Assembly (NCBI RefSeq): GCF_964188315.1
Contig: NC_135667.1
Coordinates: 9,424,001-9,488,000, forward strand
Source of the DNA: Podarcis muralis
Taxonomy: Eukaryota
Length of the DNA: 64,000 nt
Direction: 5' to 3'
Shown here one piece after another: positions 32,605 to 43,552 of this stretch; positions within the stretch are counted from its first letter, which is position 1, and each line of letters opens with the position of its first letter. A program made the position numbers and the translations under genes. The notes under the pieces were generated by a model that was not told the origin of the DNA, did no database searches, and was given only the letters and a program-made list of their open reading frames with translations.

Positions 32605-35600
32605 ATGCAGCTGCTACAGGGGGACATGGTAGAATCAGGGCTGGGTGCTGGGATGTTGTGGCTTCTAATGTTCCTGCTTCTATTGTCTCCCATTGTGTGC
32701 AAAGAAGAGACTATGAAATGCCCCACATCTGACCCTGTCCCTGTTCCACATGAATGGTACCAGCCAGGTGGCATCCTCATTGGTGGTGTTGGATCTCAAA
32801 TCATGTATGTTTTCTATGGAATTTCATTCAATGAGCATCCTTCTCAGAAATTGTTTGATGTTACCCAGTAAGTCACCCATCTTACAAGTTTTTCCAGATC
32901 TCAAAGATGGTGTATATGAGTGGCAGGATGTTCAACAAATGCACATGTAGGAAGGGCCATAGACCATCCATAGAGGATATGTATGCAGAAAGTTCAAGGT
33001 TCAGTGCTTGGCATCTCCAGATAGGACTGGGACTCCATTTCTGAAACCCTGGAAGGCTGTTGTCAGAGTTGATGACACATGCTTAGGTATGATTGGTCCA
33101 AACTAGGGCTCCTCCTCCATCTCAGTTCATTTATTTCATTTGCAATTTACTAATGTATTTGCCTTATGTATGTATTACAGATACCCCCCCCCCCCCGCTT
33201 CAACACACACAGACATCTACCAATGAATCCATTTCCCAAAGGAATTTGGGGTGATTAGTCTTGTGAAATAATCTGCGAAATGAATAAATAAATATGAAAA
33301 ATATGCTGCCAGTCATTTGCACATTTTTATTTATTGATTTACACCAATGTGCCATACACTCAACACTATATACACACAATAAAGACAGGAGAAGAAGTCA
33401 CAGCCACAGCCACACAACATAACACGCAGTTCTCTTTTATGGCATTGTGCTCTGGTAAAGCATGGGTTCCTATGCACCTCATACTACTACAATGGTTTGT
33501 GCCATGATTTGTGGTATTAGACCTGGATGAGTGCTAGAATTCTCTTCTGAAATTGTTGCTTAACTCTATTGCCAGCACTGTGACCAAGTTCTACCAGCAC
33601 TCTCTGGCCTTGGCATTTGCCATAAAGGAGATCAACGAGAACCCCAAGCTCTTGCCCAATGTCACACTTGGTTTCCACATCTATGACAGCTACCATGATG
33701 TGAGGATGACCTATCAAAACACTCTAGGCCTGCTCTTCAAATTGCATAGATTTGTCCCCAACTTTGAATGTGGTCGTCAGAAAAATATCAAAGCCATCAT
33801 TGGTGGACTGGGCTTTTCTACCTCCTTCCATGTGGCAGAAATCTTGGGACTCTACAAGATTCCACAGGTAAGCGTTGGGAGAGTGACATAGTGAGTAGGT
33901 AAGAGGAAGATGGCTTCGATATGATGTTGCAGACTCTCCTGATTATTCTAAGCATCCACACAGAAGCCACTGAGTATGAATGGTCCAGGATTTCATGGCT
34001 GCCATGACACCAATGTGCCTGTCCTAACATACATGCCATTCCAGCAGAACAAGAACTGGGAAGCAATAGTCACTCCACTGGCTCTACTGTGGCCAGCTAG
34101 GTCTGTCAGTCCTCCTGTCCCTTAACTCTCACTGGCATCCAGCCCTTCCATCAGTGGGAGAGTCAGGAATCAGGCCTCATTTCATCTGCTTTTCTGGAGG
34201 CCCAGCACCCCGAACTGTGCCATTTGGTCATTATAGGAACAGCTGTTTTGAAAATGGTGTCTGGATTTTGATTTTCCTTTTCCTTTTCCTTCCCTGTCCT
34301 TCTTCCAGTGTCTATTTGGGTGTGTGTACTGGGAGTAGGGTTAAGATTGTAAGCCTACAGGTCTGGACGTTCTTGTTATGGTTGACATTTGGATCCCTTC
34401 CACCTCATCAAGTCTATGATTCCAATATTAAGCTTAATTGCATGTCCATGAGAGCTCAAGTTAAACTTTTATGTATTCACCTAGTTCTCATTTGTGTATC
34501 AGCTGCTACAATGCAAAGATGACCACCTCACCAATATGGACCTCCTCTCCAGTTGTCCCTATTAGTTCATATGACATCCACAAAAACCTGTCTCTTGATA
34601 CCTCTGCCTTTATGGGAAACATCTTAAATCTTATCAAGATAAACATAGTGGGTGCTGTGAAAGAGAGGTAGTAAATTAAACTTTTGACAGGCACAGATTA
34701 GGAAGCAAATAATGGTATTACTGAAAAATCCTGCAACTGATATTTGTGGTATAATCATTCATTTGCGCACTGAGACTATTTCTTACTTGTCTCTACAAGG
34801 ACTGTACATTTTGTTTTAGCTTGCATATGGTTCCTTTGCCTCAGAGGAGATTAGAAAAATGCACATATCTTCCTTTTATGGTATGGTCCCAAATGAAGCC
34901 CATCAGTATATGGGGATTATCAGGTTATTTCAATATTTTAGATGGACGTGGGTTGGACTCTTTGTTGTGGATGATAACATTGGAGAATTTTTCTTGAAGA
35001 CCCTAGAGCCATTGTTTTCCCAGAATGGAATCTGTTCAGCCTTCACAGAAAGACTCCCACAACAGACCCAGCTGCCTTCTCTGAATGATCCTGTGGTCAA
35101 AGCTTCAAATGTGTTTGAACTTTTAAGAAAAATAGATGTCAGTGTAATTATCATTTACGGAGAAACCTTGACCTTTCTATTGCTGAGAGCGTATATAATT
35201 ATGTTAGATCCTTTCAGAAAAGAAAGCACATCATTTGGAAAGGTGTGGATCTTGACAACACAAATAGATTTCATAATGACAGGCATGGAAAGATCCTGGG
35301 ATTTTCAGATCTTTGAAGGTGCCATTTCCTTCACAACTCACTCAAAAGATATTCTAGGTTTCAAGGAATTTCTTCAGACTGTGAAACCAAATTGGACACA
35401 AAGAGATGGTTTTCTCCAAAATTTCTGGGAGCAAGCGTTTGATTGCTTATTTCCAGATCTAGAGATGCCTCTGATGGATGATGACACATGTACTGGAGAA
35501 GAGAAGCTGGACAGTCTCCCTGCAGGTGTTTTTGAAATGCACATGACTGGACACAGCTATAGTATCTATAATGCTGTCTATGCTATTGCTCATGCTCTGA

Positions 35601-37937
35601 ACACCATGGACCTCTCCAGATCCAAGCCCAGATCAATGGTAATTGATAAGAATGCTGGATCTAGCCATCTGCAGCCTTGGCAGGTAATTTCACAACACAC
35701 TCTTCTAATTTCAATGGGCAGTTCAGTACAAAGTGACAACAACTCTGACAACATGTTCTTAGTATACATGTATTTCCTTCTACGGCTGTGCCTGTTAATC
35801 ATTTCAATCTGAATTCATTTTGCACCACATTTCTAATGTTCTTTATTTTTCAACTAGCTCCATCCATTTCTTCAAGGCGTTTCATTTAACAACCCAGCAA
35901 ACGAAGTTGTGTCCTTTAATGCAGAAAGGGAGATGGAAGGTGGGTTTGACATTCTAAATATGGTCACATTCCCAAACAAGTCATTCCTTAAAGTAAAAAT
36001 TGGAAGGGTGGATCTCAATGCTCCTGAAGGACAACCATTCATCATTAATGAGGATGGAATTGTGTGGCACAGATTGTTTAACCAGGTATGAGTTCTTGGG
36101 TTCTCTGGACAAATCCTGTGCTTTCAAATAAGGCAGCAATTGAACTACAAACTACCTTTTCTGACTAACCCAACCATTGTGAATGATGAAAAGAGTCAGG
36201 GAAATCACTTTCTAAATACAGAAATGTCAATCTTCTGCTCTAAATTGAGGCATTTTTTCCTATTCTGCCTAAACTGATGGGCCATCAAACTCCATTAAAA
36301 AATATTGATGTGACTTTGCCACCAACATGCCAGAAATCTCTGTTCCTATTGTGGGGGGAAATGTTGCCTTTTTACACATAATTAAGGACACCATGCACAG
36401 AAACACATCTAATGTTTGCTGGACATTGCTTTAAAATGGTAGGTAATTAAGGTGTAAATTTCTAGGGGATATGGGAGTGCAGAGTTGAGGAACCCCAAGC
36501 CCTGCGAGTATGTCTGTAGTTGTATGATGGGACTGTGCCCAGGCAACACTAGCCCTCCTTGAGTCATTCAGCCTGGATGGTATACGTATGTGTCCTACTG
36601 TACAAAGGTAAGAAATGCACATTTTGCTTCACCCACTTTGGTTTTTATCACCACTCTGCACAAGAAATGGTCCCTGGAAGGTTATCATGAGGCAATATGG
36701 CCCTCAGATACCAGCCTCATGTACTGAAGTAGATTTGCATATCTATATGTACAGCTCTCCTAACGTAAACAACTTCATGTATTTCTCATTCTAATCTTTC
36801 TTATGGGTAGGTGCGTCCCCTTGGTATGTGCAATGTGCATTGCCACCCTGGGCATCAAAAGAAAATGAAGGAAGGGGAGAAGTTTTGCTGCTATGACTGT
36901 GCTCCATGCCCAGAGGGGAAGATTTCAAACCAGACTGGTATATCATGTCATTTTGCCATTATTAATAGACTGTAGTCAATGAATATATACTGAATTTGGA
37001 TCACTGTCTCTCACACCCCTTGTTCTATTTTTCAGATATGGACGACTGCTTCAAATGCCCAGAAGTTCAGTATCCAAACAAGAATAAAAATGAGTGCAAC
37101 TACAAAACTATTCATTTTCTATCTTATAAAGAAAATTTAGGGGTTACATTAGCCGCTGTTGCCATTTCATTTTCCCTCATTACAGCCTTGATGCTAGGAA
37201 TATTTATTAAGCACAGAGACACCCCCATAGTGAAAGCCAACAACCGGGGACTCACCTACACACTCCTCATCTCCCTCCTGCTCTGCTTCCTCTCATCTTT
37301 GCTTTTCCTTGGCCAACCTGGGAAAGTGACCTGCCTTCTCCGACAATCTGCTTTTGGCATCATCTTCTCCATGGCGGTTTCTTGCGTGTTGGCCAAAACC
37401 ACCATAGTTTCTCTTGCATTTATGGCCACAAAGCCTAAATCTAGAATGCAGAAATGGGTGGGGAAAAGACTAGTCTATTCCATTCTCCTTTCCTGCACTT
37501 CCATTCAAGTGAGTATTTGCACCTTCTGGTTGGCAACCTCTCCCCCATTCCCTGATTTAGACATGCAGTCAGTAACGGAAGAAATCATCGTGCAATGTAA
37601 TGAAGGGTCTGTTGCCATGTTTTATTGTGTCCTCGGTTACTTAGGCCTTTTGGCCATTGCCAGTTTCCTTGTGGCATTCCTTGCCCGCAACTTACCGGAC
37701 AGTTTTAATGAAGCCAAGTTCATCACCTTCAGCATGCTAGCATTTTGCAGCATATGGCTCTCCTTTGTTCCAACCTACCTGAGCACCCGAGGGAAATACA
37801 TGGTGGCTGTAGAGATCTTCTCCATATTGGCTTCCTGTTGTGGGTTGCTGGGTTGCATCTTTTCCCCTAAATGCTACATCATTGTGATGAGGCCTGAACT
37901 AAACAGCAGGGAACAACTAATAAGAAAAAAGTGTTAA
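32605..37937 (+). CDS. V2R gene D, intact, up to 891 aa
   Basis: Exons 32605-32867 (alternative in-frame ATGs 32626, 32653), 33576-33867, 34820-35683, 35858-36085, 36811-36937, 37036-37937. GT-AG; 2676 nt, in frame. Confidence 0.92.
32951..33095 (+). mobile_element. Degenerate tRNA-derived SINE in intron 1 of D (similar fragment at ~5718-5790)
   Basis: AAGGGCCATAG..GCAGAAAGTTCAAGGTTCAGTGCTTGGCATCTCCAG..CTGAAACCCTGGA resembles a squamate tRNA-SINE head. Confidence 0.45.
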
Positions 37938-38422
37938 ATTATCAACATGTTTTGTATCTATCATATTATTAGGTGGGTTGGATATAGGTTTGAGGAACAT
38001 ATGGCTTACTAGAACATTACTGAAGCTTCTTTGAATTCACAATGTCTTCAGATAAGAAAGACAGCATGACAGGCAAATTGATGATATAATACTTTTCTCC
38101 CCAACGTTGTATATTTGTGAAATGTTTATGCAGCAGAGGAAATGTGCCTTTCCATTTGTCTCCCACTCAACCTCTCTTTCTCTGTATCAGGCGTGACAAA
38201 CCTGTGGCCCTCAAGATGACTTTGTTTAATCATTTGTTCAGATTTACATGCTGCTTAATTACCCACATAATCTAAGCAGTTTACATAAAATAGATAATGT
38301 CCATTAAAACTATAATAAATTCTAATGTTAAAATGCACAAATGAAAAATGATCAGAACAGAAGTGAAATCACCATTTGCTAAAAGTGAACATACTAATAC
38401 AAAATTGCATTGTTATATAGTG

Positions 38423-38655
38423 CAGTTGTACCTTGGTTTTCAAACAGCTTGGTTCTCAAACATTTTGGCTCCCTAACGCCACAAACAATTGTGAACTATT
38501 TTTGGAAGCCAAATGTCTGACGCGGCTTACACGGCTTCCATTTGAGTGTAGGCAGTTCCTGCAGTCAATCAGAAGCCGTGCCTTGGTTTTCAAACATTTT
38601 TGGAAGTGGAACGGACTTCCAGCGTGGATTCCGTTTGAGAATGAAGGTACAATTG
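38423..38655. mobile_element. Tigger-like MITE
   Basis: CAGTTGTACCTT..AAGGTACAATTG-TA; interior homologous to 24269 and 28375. Confidence 0.8.
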
Positions 38656-38812
38656 TATTTTATTTCATATTACATAAAATAAGGATTCATTGCATGATCT
38701 GGACTCCTACTCGCATCAACCCTAGCAAGGATGGTAACGAGAGGTGCAGTTCAAAAGGGAATTGGACTGAATGACACTCATTGTCCCTTCGAACTCTTCA
38801 ACTCTGTGGTTT

Positions 38813-39532
38813 TGTAGTGTAGTATCTGGAGAGCCACAGGTTCCCGCCACAGGAAGCTCACTGGTTCCTGTCAAACCCATTCTTCAAACGAGGTAATCCA
38901 CAGAGGCCTGGGGAGGGGGGCATGGCCATCTACTTAGCTTGGCCGACCACTTTTTGCATAGTATCCAGTTGACTGGGAGCATCACCCACGCTTCATTAAT
39001 TGTTGATTACTGCTAGCCGGACTTTGGTGTGGTCTTTTGGCAGTTGCCATATTCAGAGACGGGAAGGAATTTCCCCTGCTCTGGAGGTTTCACCTTCCTC
39101 GTAGCACTAGTGACAACTTTGGCAGTTTAGGCCTTGGGCGGAATCCTATAGTCTTTCATCCAATGGAGTGTGGTGAAGTGGTGACTCACCCAACCACTGT
39201 TCCCTGTGTCGGCATTAACAGGGTACCTCGTTAGAGGGGACTGGAGGGAAGTCTCTGACCAAAGAGTCAAGAGCGTAGGGATAGCGGGCCAGAGAGCTTC
39301 CCTCAGCATTAGGGGGCCATCCTTGTAAACCTGCGTTTTGCAAGGATTCCATCCCTGAAGACACCCTGTCATACCTCAGTCCTCCAGCAGGGTGGCTTAG
39401 AGGGATACATGCTCAGTGCCTATGCCAAAGCTTCCTACATCTGAAATCAATAAAGTTGTCGCTGTTTAAATCCCAGACACTTGTTGTGTTCATTCATTTT
39501 CCACTCAGCAGTTATGCATGTCGGCATATACA
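38813..39532 (+). mobile_element. Solo-LTR-like element (ends approximate)
   Basis: TGTA..TACA ends; CAATAAAGTTGT at ~39447; internal homology with the reverse complement of 30860-31682. No clean TSD. Confidence 0.5.
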
Positions 39533-39575
39533 AAACACATTTTAAAAAGTGTTAGCCTTTGCTACTGCATTCAAA

Positions 39576-39843
39576 GCTCACTGGAAGGAAGCTGAGGCTC
39601 CAGTACTTTGGCCACCTCATGAGAAGAGAAGACTCCCTGGAGAAGACACTGATGCTGGGAAAGATGGAGGGCACAAGGAGAAGGGGGCGACAGAGGATGA
39701 GATGGTTGGATAGTGTTTTCGAGGTTACCAGTATGAGTTTGACCAAACTGCGGGAAGTACTGGAGGACAGAGGTGCCTGGCATGCTCTGGTCCATGGGGT
39801 CACGAAGAGTCAGACATGACTAAACGACTAAACAACAACAACA
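39576..39843 (+). mobile_element. Bov-B (RTE) LINE, 5'-truncated
   Basis: KLRLQYFGHLMRREDSLEKTLMLGK..GVTKSQT, (CAA)n tail; perfect 12-bp TSD ACTGCATTCAAA (39564-39575, 39844-39855). Confidence 0.92.
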
Positions 39844-40188
39844 ACTGCATTCAAAATGGATAATATGGGGCTCCTGAAGAAGAATCTGGGATTGAGCGTC
39901 TCTTTTACTGGGGTATAGAACAATCTGTGTGGACCTTGATTTCCCTCTAATACACTTCAGACATTGGGGGGGGGGCAAATAGACTGACATCCTCCTGGTT
40001 ACTTTTTCCATGTACCTCCTAGGCTTATCATTATAGATGTGGTGAACATCTGCACTATATTAATATTTTGCCACTGCCAATCATAATTAAAAAGAATTTT
40101 GTTATCTATGTTCTGTTCTGTGTGGGTGTTAAAAACCAGTACTGCAACTTCTTTCTTCAAATAAGCTTTATTTTATCTTGGGTTAGAG

Positions 40189-40513
40189 CAGGGTCAGCAA
40201 CCTTTTTCAGCCATTGGCCAGTCCACCATCCCTCAAACCATGTGGTGGGCCGAACTATTTTTTTATGGGGGGGGGGGGATGAATGAATTCATATGCCCCA
40301 CAAACAACCCAGAGATGCATTTTAAATAAAAGCACACATTCTAGTCATATAAAAACACCAGGCCGGCCCCACAAATAACCCAGAGATGCATTGTAAAGAA
40401 AAGGACACATTCCACTCATGTAAAAACACGCTGATTCCCAGACCGTCCGTGGGCCAGATTGAGAAGGCAATTGGGCCGCATCTGGTCTCTGGGCCTTAGG
40501 TTGCCTACCCCTG
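40189..40513. mobile_element. hAT-Charlie-like MITE
   Basis: TIRs CAGGGTCAGCAACC / GGTTGCCTACCCCTG; perfect 8-bp TSD GGTTAGAG. Confidence 0.88.
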
Positions 40514-40757
40514 GGTTAGAGGATTGTGGTTTTCTTGTGGAAAAACAGAACTATCTCTTCATTAGCAGCATGTTATGCCCAGATAAAGTTCATACACCAT
40601 TTTCTTCCAATAATAGAAGAAGAATCTTTGCATTCCCACTGTGTGAACAGACAAGAGGTTCCCCATCAGTTTTGACCTGACAACAGTGTCTCTTGATCTC
40701 TCCTCCTAGACAATTCCTTCCAAACTTGCTTTATCACAAGGGTTTATGAATGATAGT

Positions 40758-41395
40758 TGTGTCCCGTGCACAGAGTGATGGCCTGGGACTCGGGCTTGGA
40801 CTCAGAGCCAGAGGAGTCTCAGGCCACACCAGATCCTTTGCCTCAGGTGGCTAGTCTGGGGCCTAATTCTGAAGAGCCCCAGTCTGCACAGGTTCCCCTG
40901 CAACAAGCACCAGCTGGGCCGAGTCAAGGGCCTGAGCCTGCCCTGGCTCCAGATGCGGGGATTACCTTGTTGCCTCCAGCTGGGCAATCACTTACAGTTG
41001 CTCCACTACCAGTTGGGTCAGGAGAGGCTTAAGTGGCCTCTGGGTCTAGTAACCCACTGACATCTCCTGAGCAGCAGAGACTGAGGTCTGAGAGAAGGAG
41101 AGACCTGAGTACTCGCAGGAGCAATGCTCGCCTTCAGGCAAGACAGGGAGATGAGTCACTGGGGGATCAGGACCGACCATTACCCCAACAGAGATAAAAG
41201 GCTGCTGAACCCCGTCCCAGGTTGCAGGAGCAATGTTGCTGTTTGCCAGAACCTGCTTGTGATCCTGTGCCTGACCTTGCCTGGTTTCCTGCCTCGTGTC
41301 CTGCCTCGGCCCTGTCGGACTGACTCCTCGTGGAACCCTTGGATTTGGGACTGGATCTGGACCGTGTTGCTTGGGTTACCCCAGGTCCCAGCACA
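40758..41395 (+). mobile_element. Solo-LTR-like GC-rich element with an interrupted acidic/Pro-rich ORF
   Basis: TGTG..CACA ends, possible decayed TSD GATAGT/GGCAGT, GATAAAAG TATA-like box at ~41193. Confidence 0.55.
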
Positions 41396-42674
41396 GGCAG
41401 TCAGATTGTTCATTTGTAGACAAAAGCTGGAGCTGTCCTTGGAGGCTACAAGCGTCCTTGGATGGCATGGACATAGGTTTGTTAAGATTTCCAGTACCAC
41501 ACCAGCTGTTGCAGTCCTTTCCCTTGTTTCTGCCTTATCCAACTCATCCTGTAGTCAATCACAAGAAATTCATTCATAGAACATTGCCTTTGAACATATT
41601 TTTCCAGGTTTTTTCAATTCTGAATCCACTTGAGTCAGAACAATGTGGGAGGGTATTTCTAGTTTTAAAAAGGCAAGTACCAGGAGACATGATACTGTAG
41701 AGGTGTGTGTGTGTGCGTGCGCACACGCATGTTATGAAGAATGTACGTAGATAAAAGCTTTTCTCCCTGTTTCATAACAATAGAAGTTGGGGGTATCAAG
41801 TGAGAGTGATTATTGAAAGGTTTAGGAGACACAGAAGAAACTACTCCTTTACACAACACATAGTTAAACTATGGATTTCACTCCTACTAGAAATAGTGAA
41901 TTGGACAACCACCATAAGTGGCATAGATTGTTAATCTACCTGATGTATTCCAACCTGTGGCTGATGAAAAGTGCTAGAGGGCTATTGATTTAGAAACTCA
42001 ATACAGTCAGGGAGATCTGATGTTATATTGGCCAAAACACTGTCCATTTGTGATTGGGGCTAGAACTAAACCAATAACACAGATTACACTACTTCTCAAT
42101 ATATCAAAGAAACATATAATTGTAGAGTTGGAAAGGAAGCCAAGATTCATCTAGTTATCCCGCCTGCTATGCAGGAATCTCAGCTAAAGCATCCATGGCA
42201 TATGTTCACATTCCAAGGGCTGAATAGTCGGGAAGTTATTCCTGATGTTTGGTCAGAATCTCCTTTTATTGTAACTTGAAGCTATTGGACTGGGTCCTAC
42301 CAATCCTGTTCAGAGAGGGGGCAGCTGGGTACCTCTGCATTTCACTGTTGACCCATGCTAAGGTTGTGGTGAACTAAGACCCCTAGATCCTTTCCACATG
42401 TACTACTGGCAATGCAGGTGTCCCTCATCTCATGGTTGTGCAGCTGGTACTTCCTGCTTAAGTGAAGGACCTTCCATATGCCCATATTTCAACTGAACTC
42501 CTTTGTTCAGTGGTTGTTGTTGCTGCTGCTGCTGCTGCTGCAAATAAATTCACTTATTCTGGGAAGTGCATTCATTCTCTCATTCACCCTCCTGTCAATT
42601 AATCATATCATATTCAAGACATTCCTCCTTTGAAAATTAAGTATGATAAGACCATGCCATTCTTTCTGGGAGAT

Positions 42675-42840
42675 TTCACACTCATATATGTTGAACTGGA
42701 TAAGTGAATTGATATTGATATTCACACTCAAATTGATGTTGTGAATTGATATTGATATAAGTGAATCGATATTAATATAAGTGAATTGATATTGATATTC
42801 ACACTCATATATGTTGACCTGGATAAGTGAATTGATATTG
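42675..42840. repeat. Compound local tandem duplication
   Basis: A 43-bp unit at 42675-42717 and 42798-42840 (1 mismatch) encloses about three 20-bp GTGAATTGATATTGATATAA units. Confidence 0.9.
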
Positions 42841-43137
42841 TTTACAAGTTGTTCCACAACAGATCTTCTTGCTACTTCTTGCTACTCTTCTTGCTACTTC
42901 TAATTATTCAAGAGTAGAGTCCTGCCATTTTCTTGTTTTGTACATAGCAGTTACAGAGCAGCATTTCTGGGTCAGGGACCTCTAGATAGTGACCTATTCC
43001 AGTGCCTAATACTGATATATTTTACTTTCTAATAGTGTTTGTCATTACTGTAAGAAATGGTTATAGCATTGTTCTAAGTGGTCCTTTTGGAGTTCGAAAT
43101 TTGGAACTCAGGTCCCAAGTCCCATCTAATTAGGAAG

Positions 43138-43325
43138 AAGAGAAGACTTCTGGCCAACTGTGGAAAAGAGCCAACATGTTTCCTATCAAAAGTGGCATTC
43201 AGGATCCACATTCTGAAGAAGCAATTATTTTTCCCTACAATTAACCAAAACACTATAATGTGTTCATCTGTCTGAAGCTCCCATGGCTCTGCAAAATGCA
43301 GAAGAAAACATGCAGGCCTGAAAGT
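43138..43325 (+). promoter_or_regulatory. Conserved V2R upstream module, gene E
   Basis: CAATTA at 43222 and 43238, CTGAAAGT at 43318. Confidence 0.5.
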
Positions 43326-43552
43326 GATTATACAGAACTGCCTGTAGCCTGGGCCACTGGGCTTAAGTACATGAGGTAAACATGGCCATCTCTGACACGT
43401 CCCCCTTTTCTTTTTATAAGCCACATTGAAACTGGAAAGTTGGTGATATCCCATAATATTCAAGTCATTTGTCACACTCTTAATGAAAATTCTAGGGCTA
43501 ATTTGGCAGAGTGAGAGACCATTCAGTCTAACCCGCTGAAACAAGGTGATGG

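Noticed and set aside
34382-34405. LTFGSLPP resembling the exon 3 start LTYGSF in intron 2 of D
   Set aside because: Only 24 nt with about 7 mismatches and no AG acceptor; not distinguishable from chance.
41703-41732. Alternating purine-pyrimidine (Z-DNA-prone) tract
   Set aside because: Ordinary (GT)n microsatellite edge, 1.8 kb from the nearest ATG, with no paralogous conservation.
42675-42840. Short repeat array superficially like CRISPR
   Set aside because: No unique spacers, no cas genes, vertebrate context.
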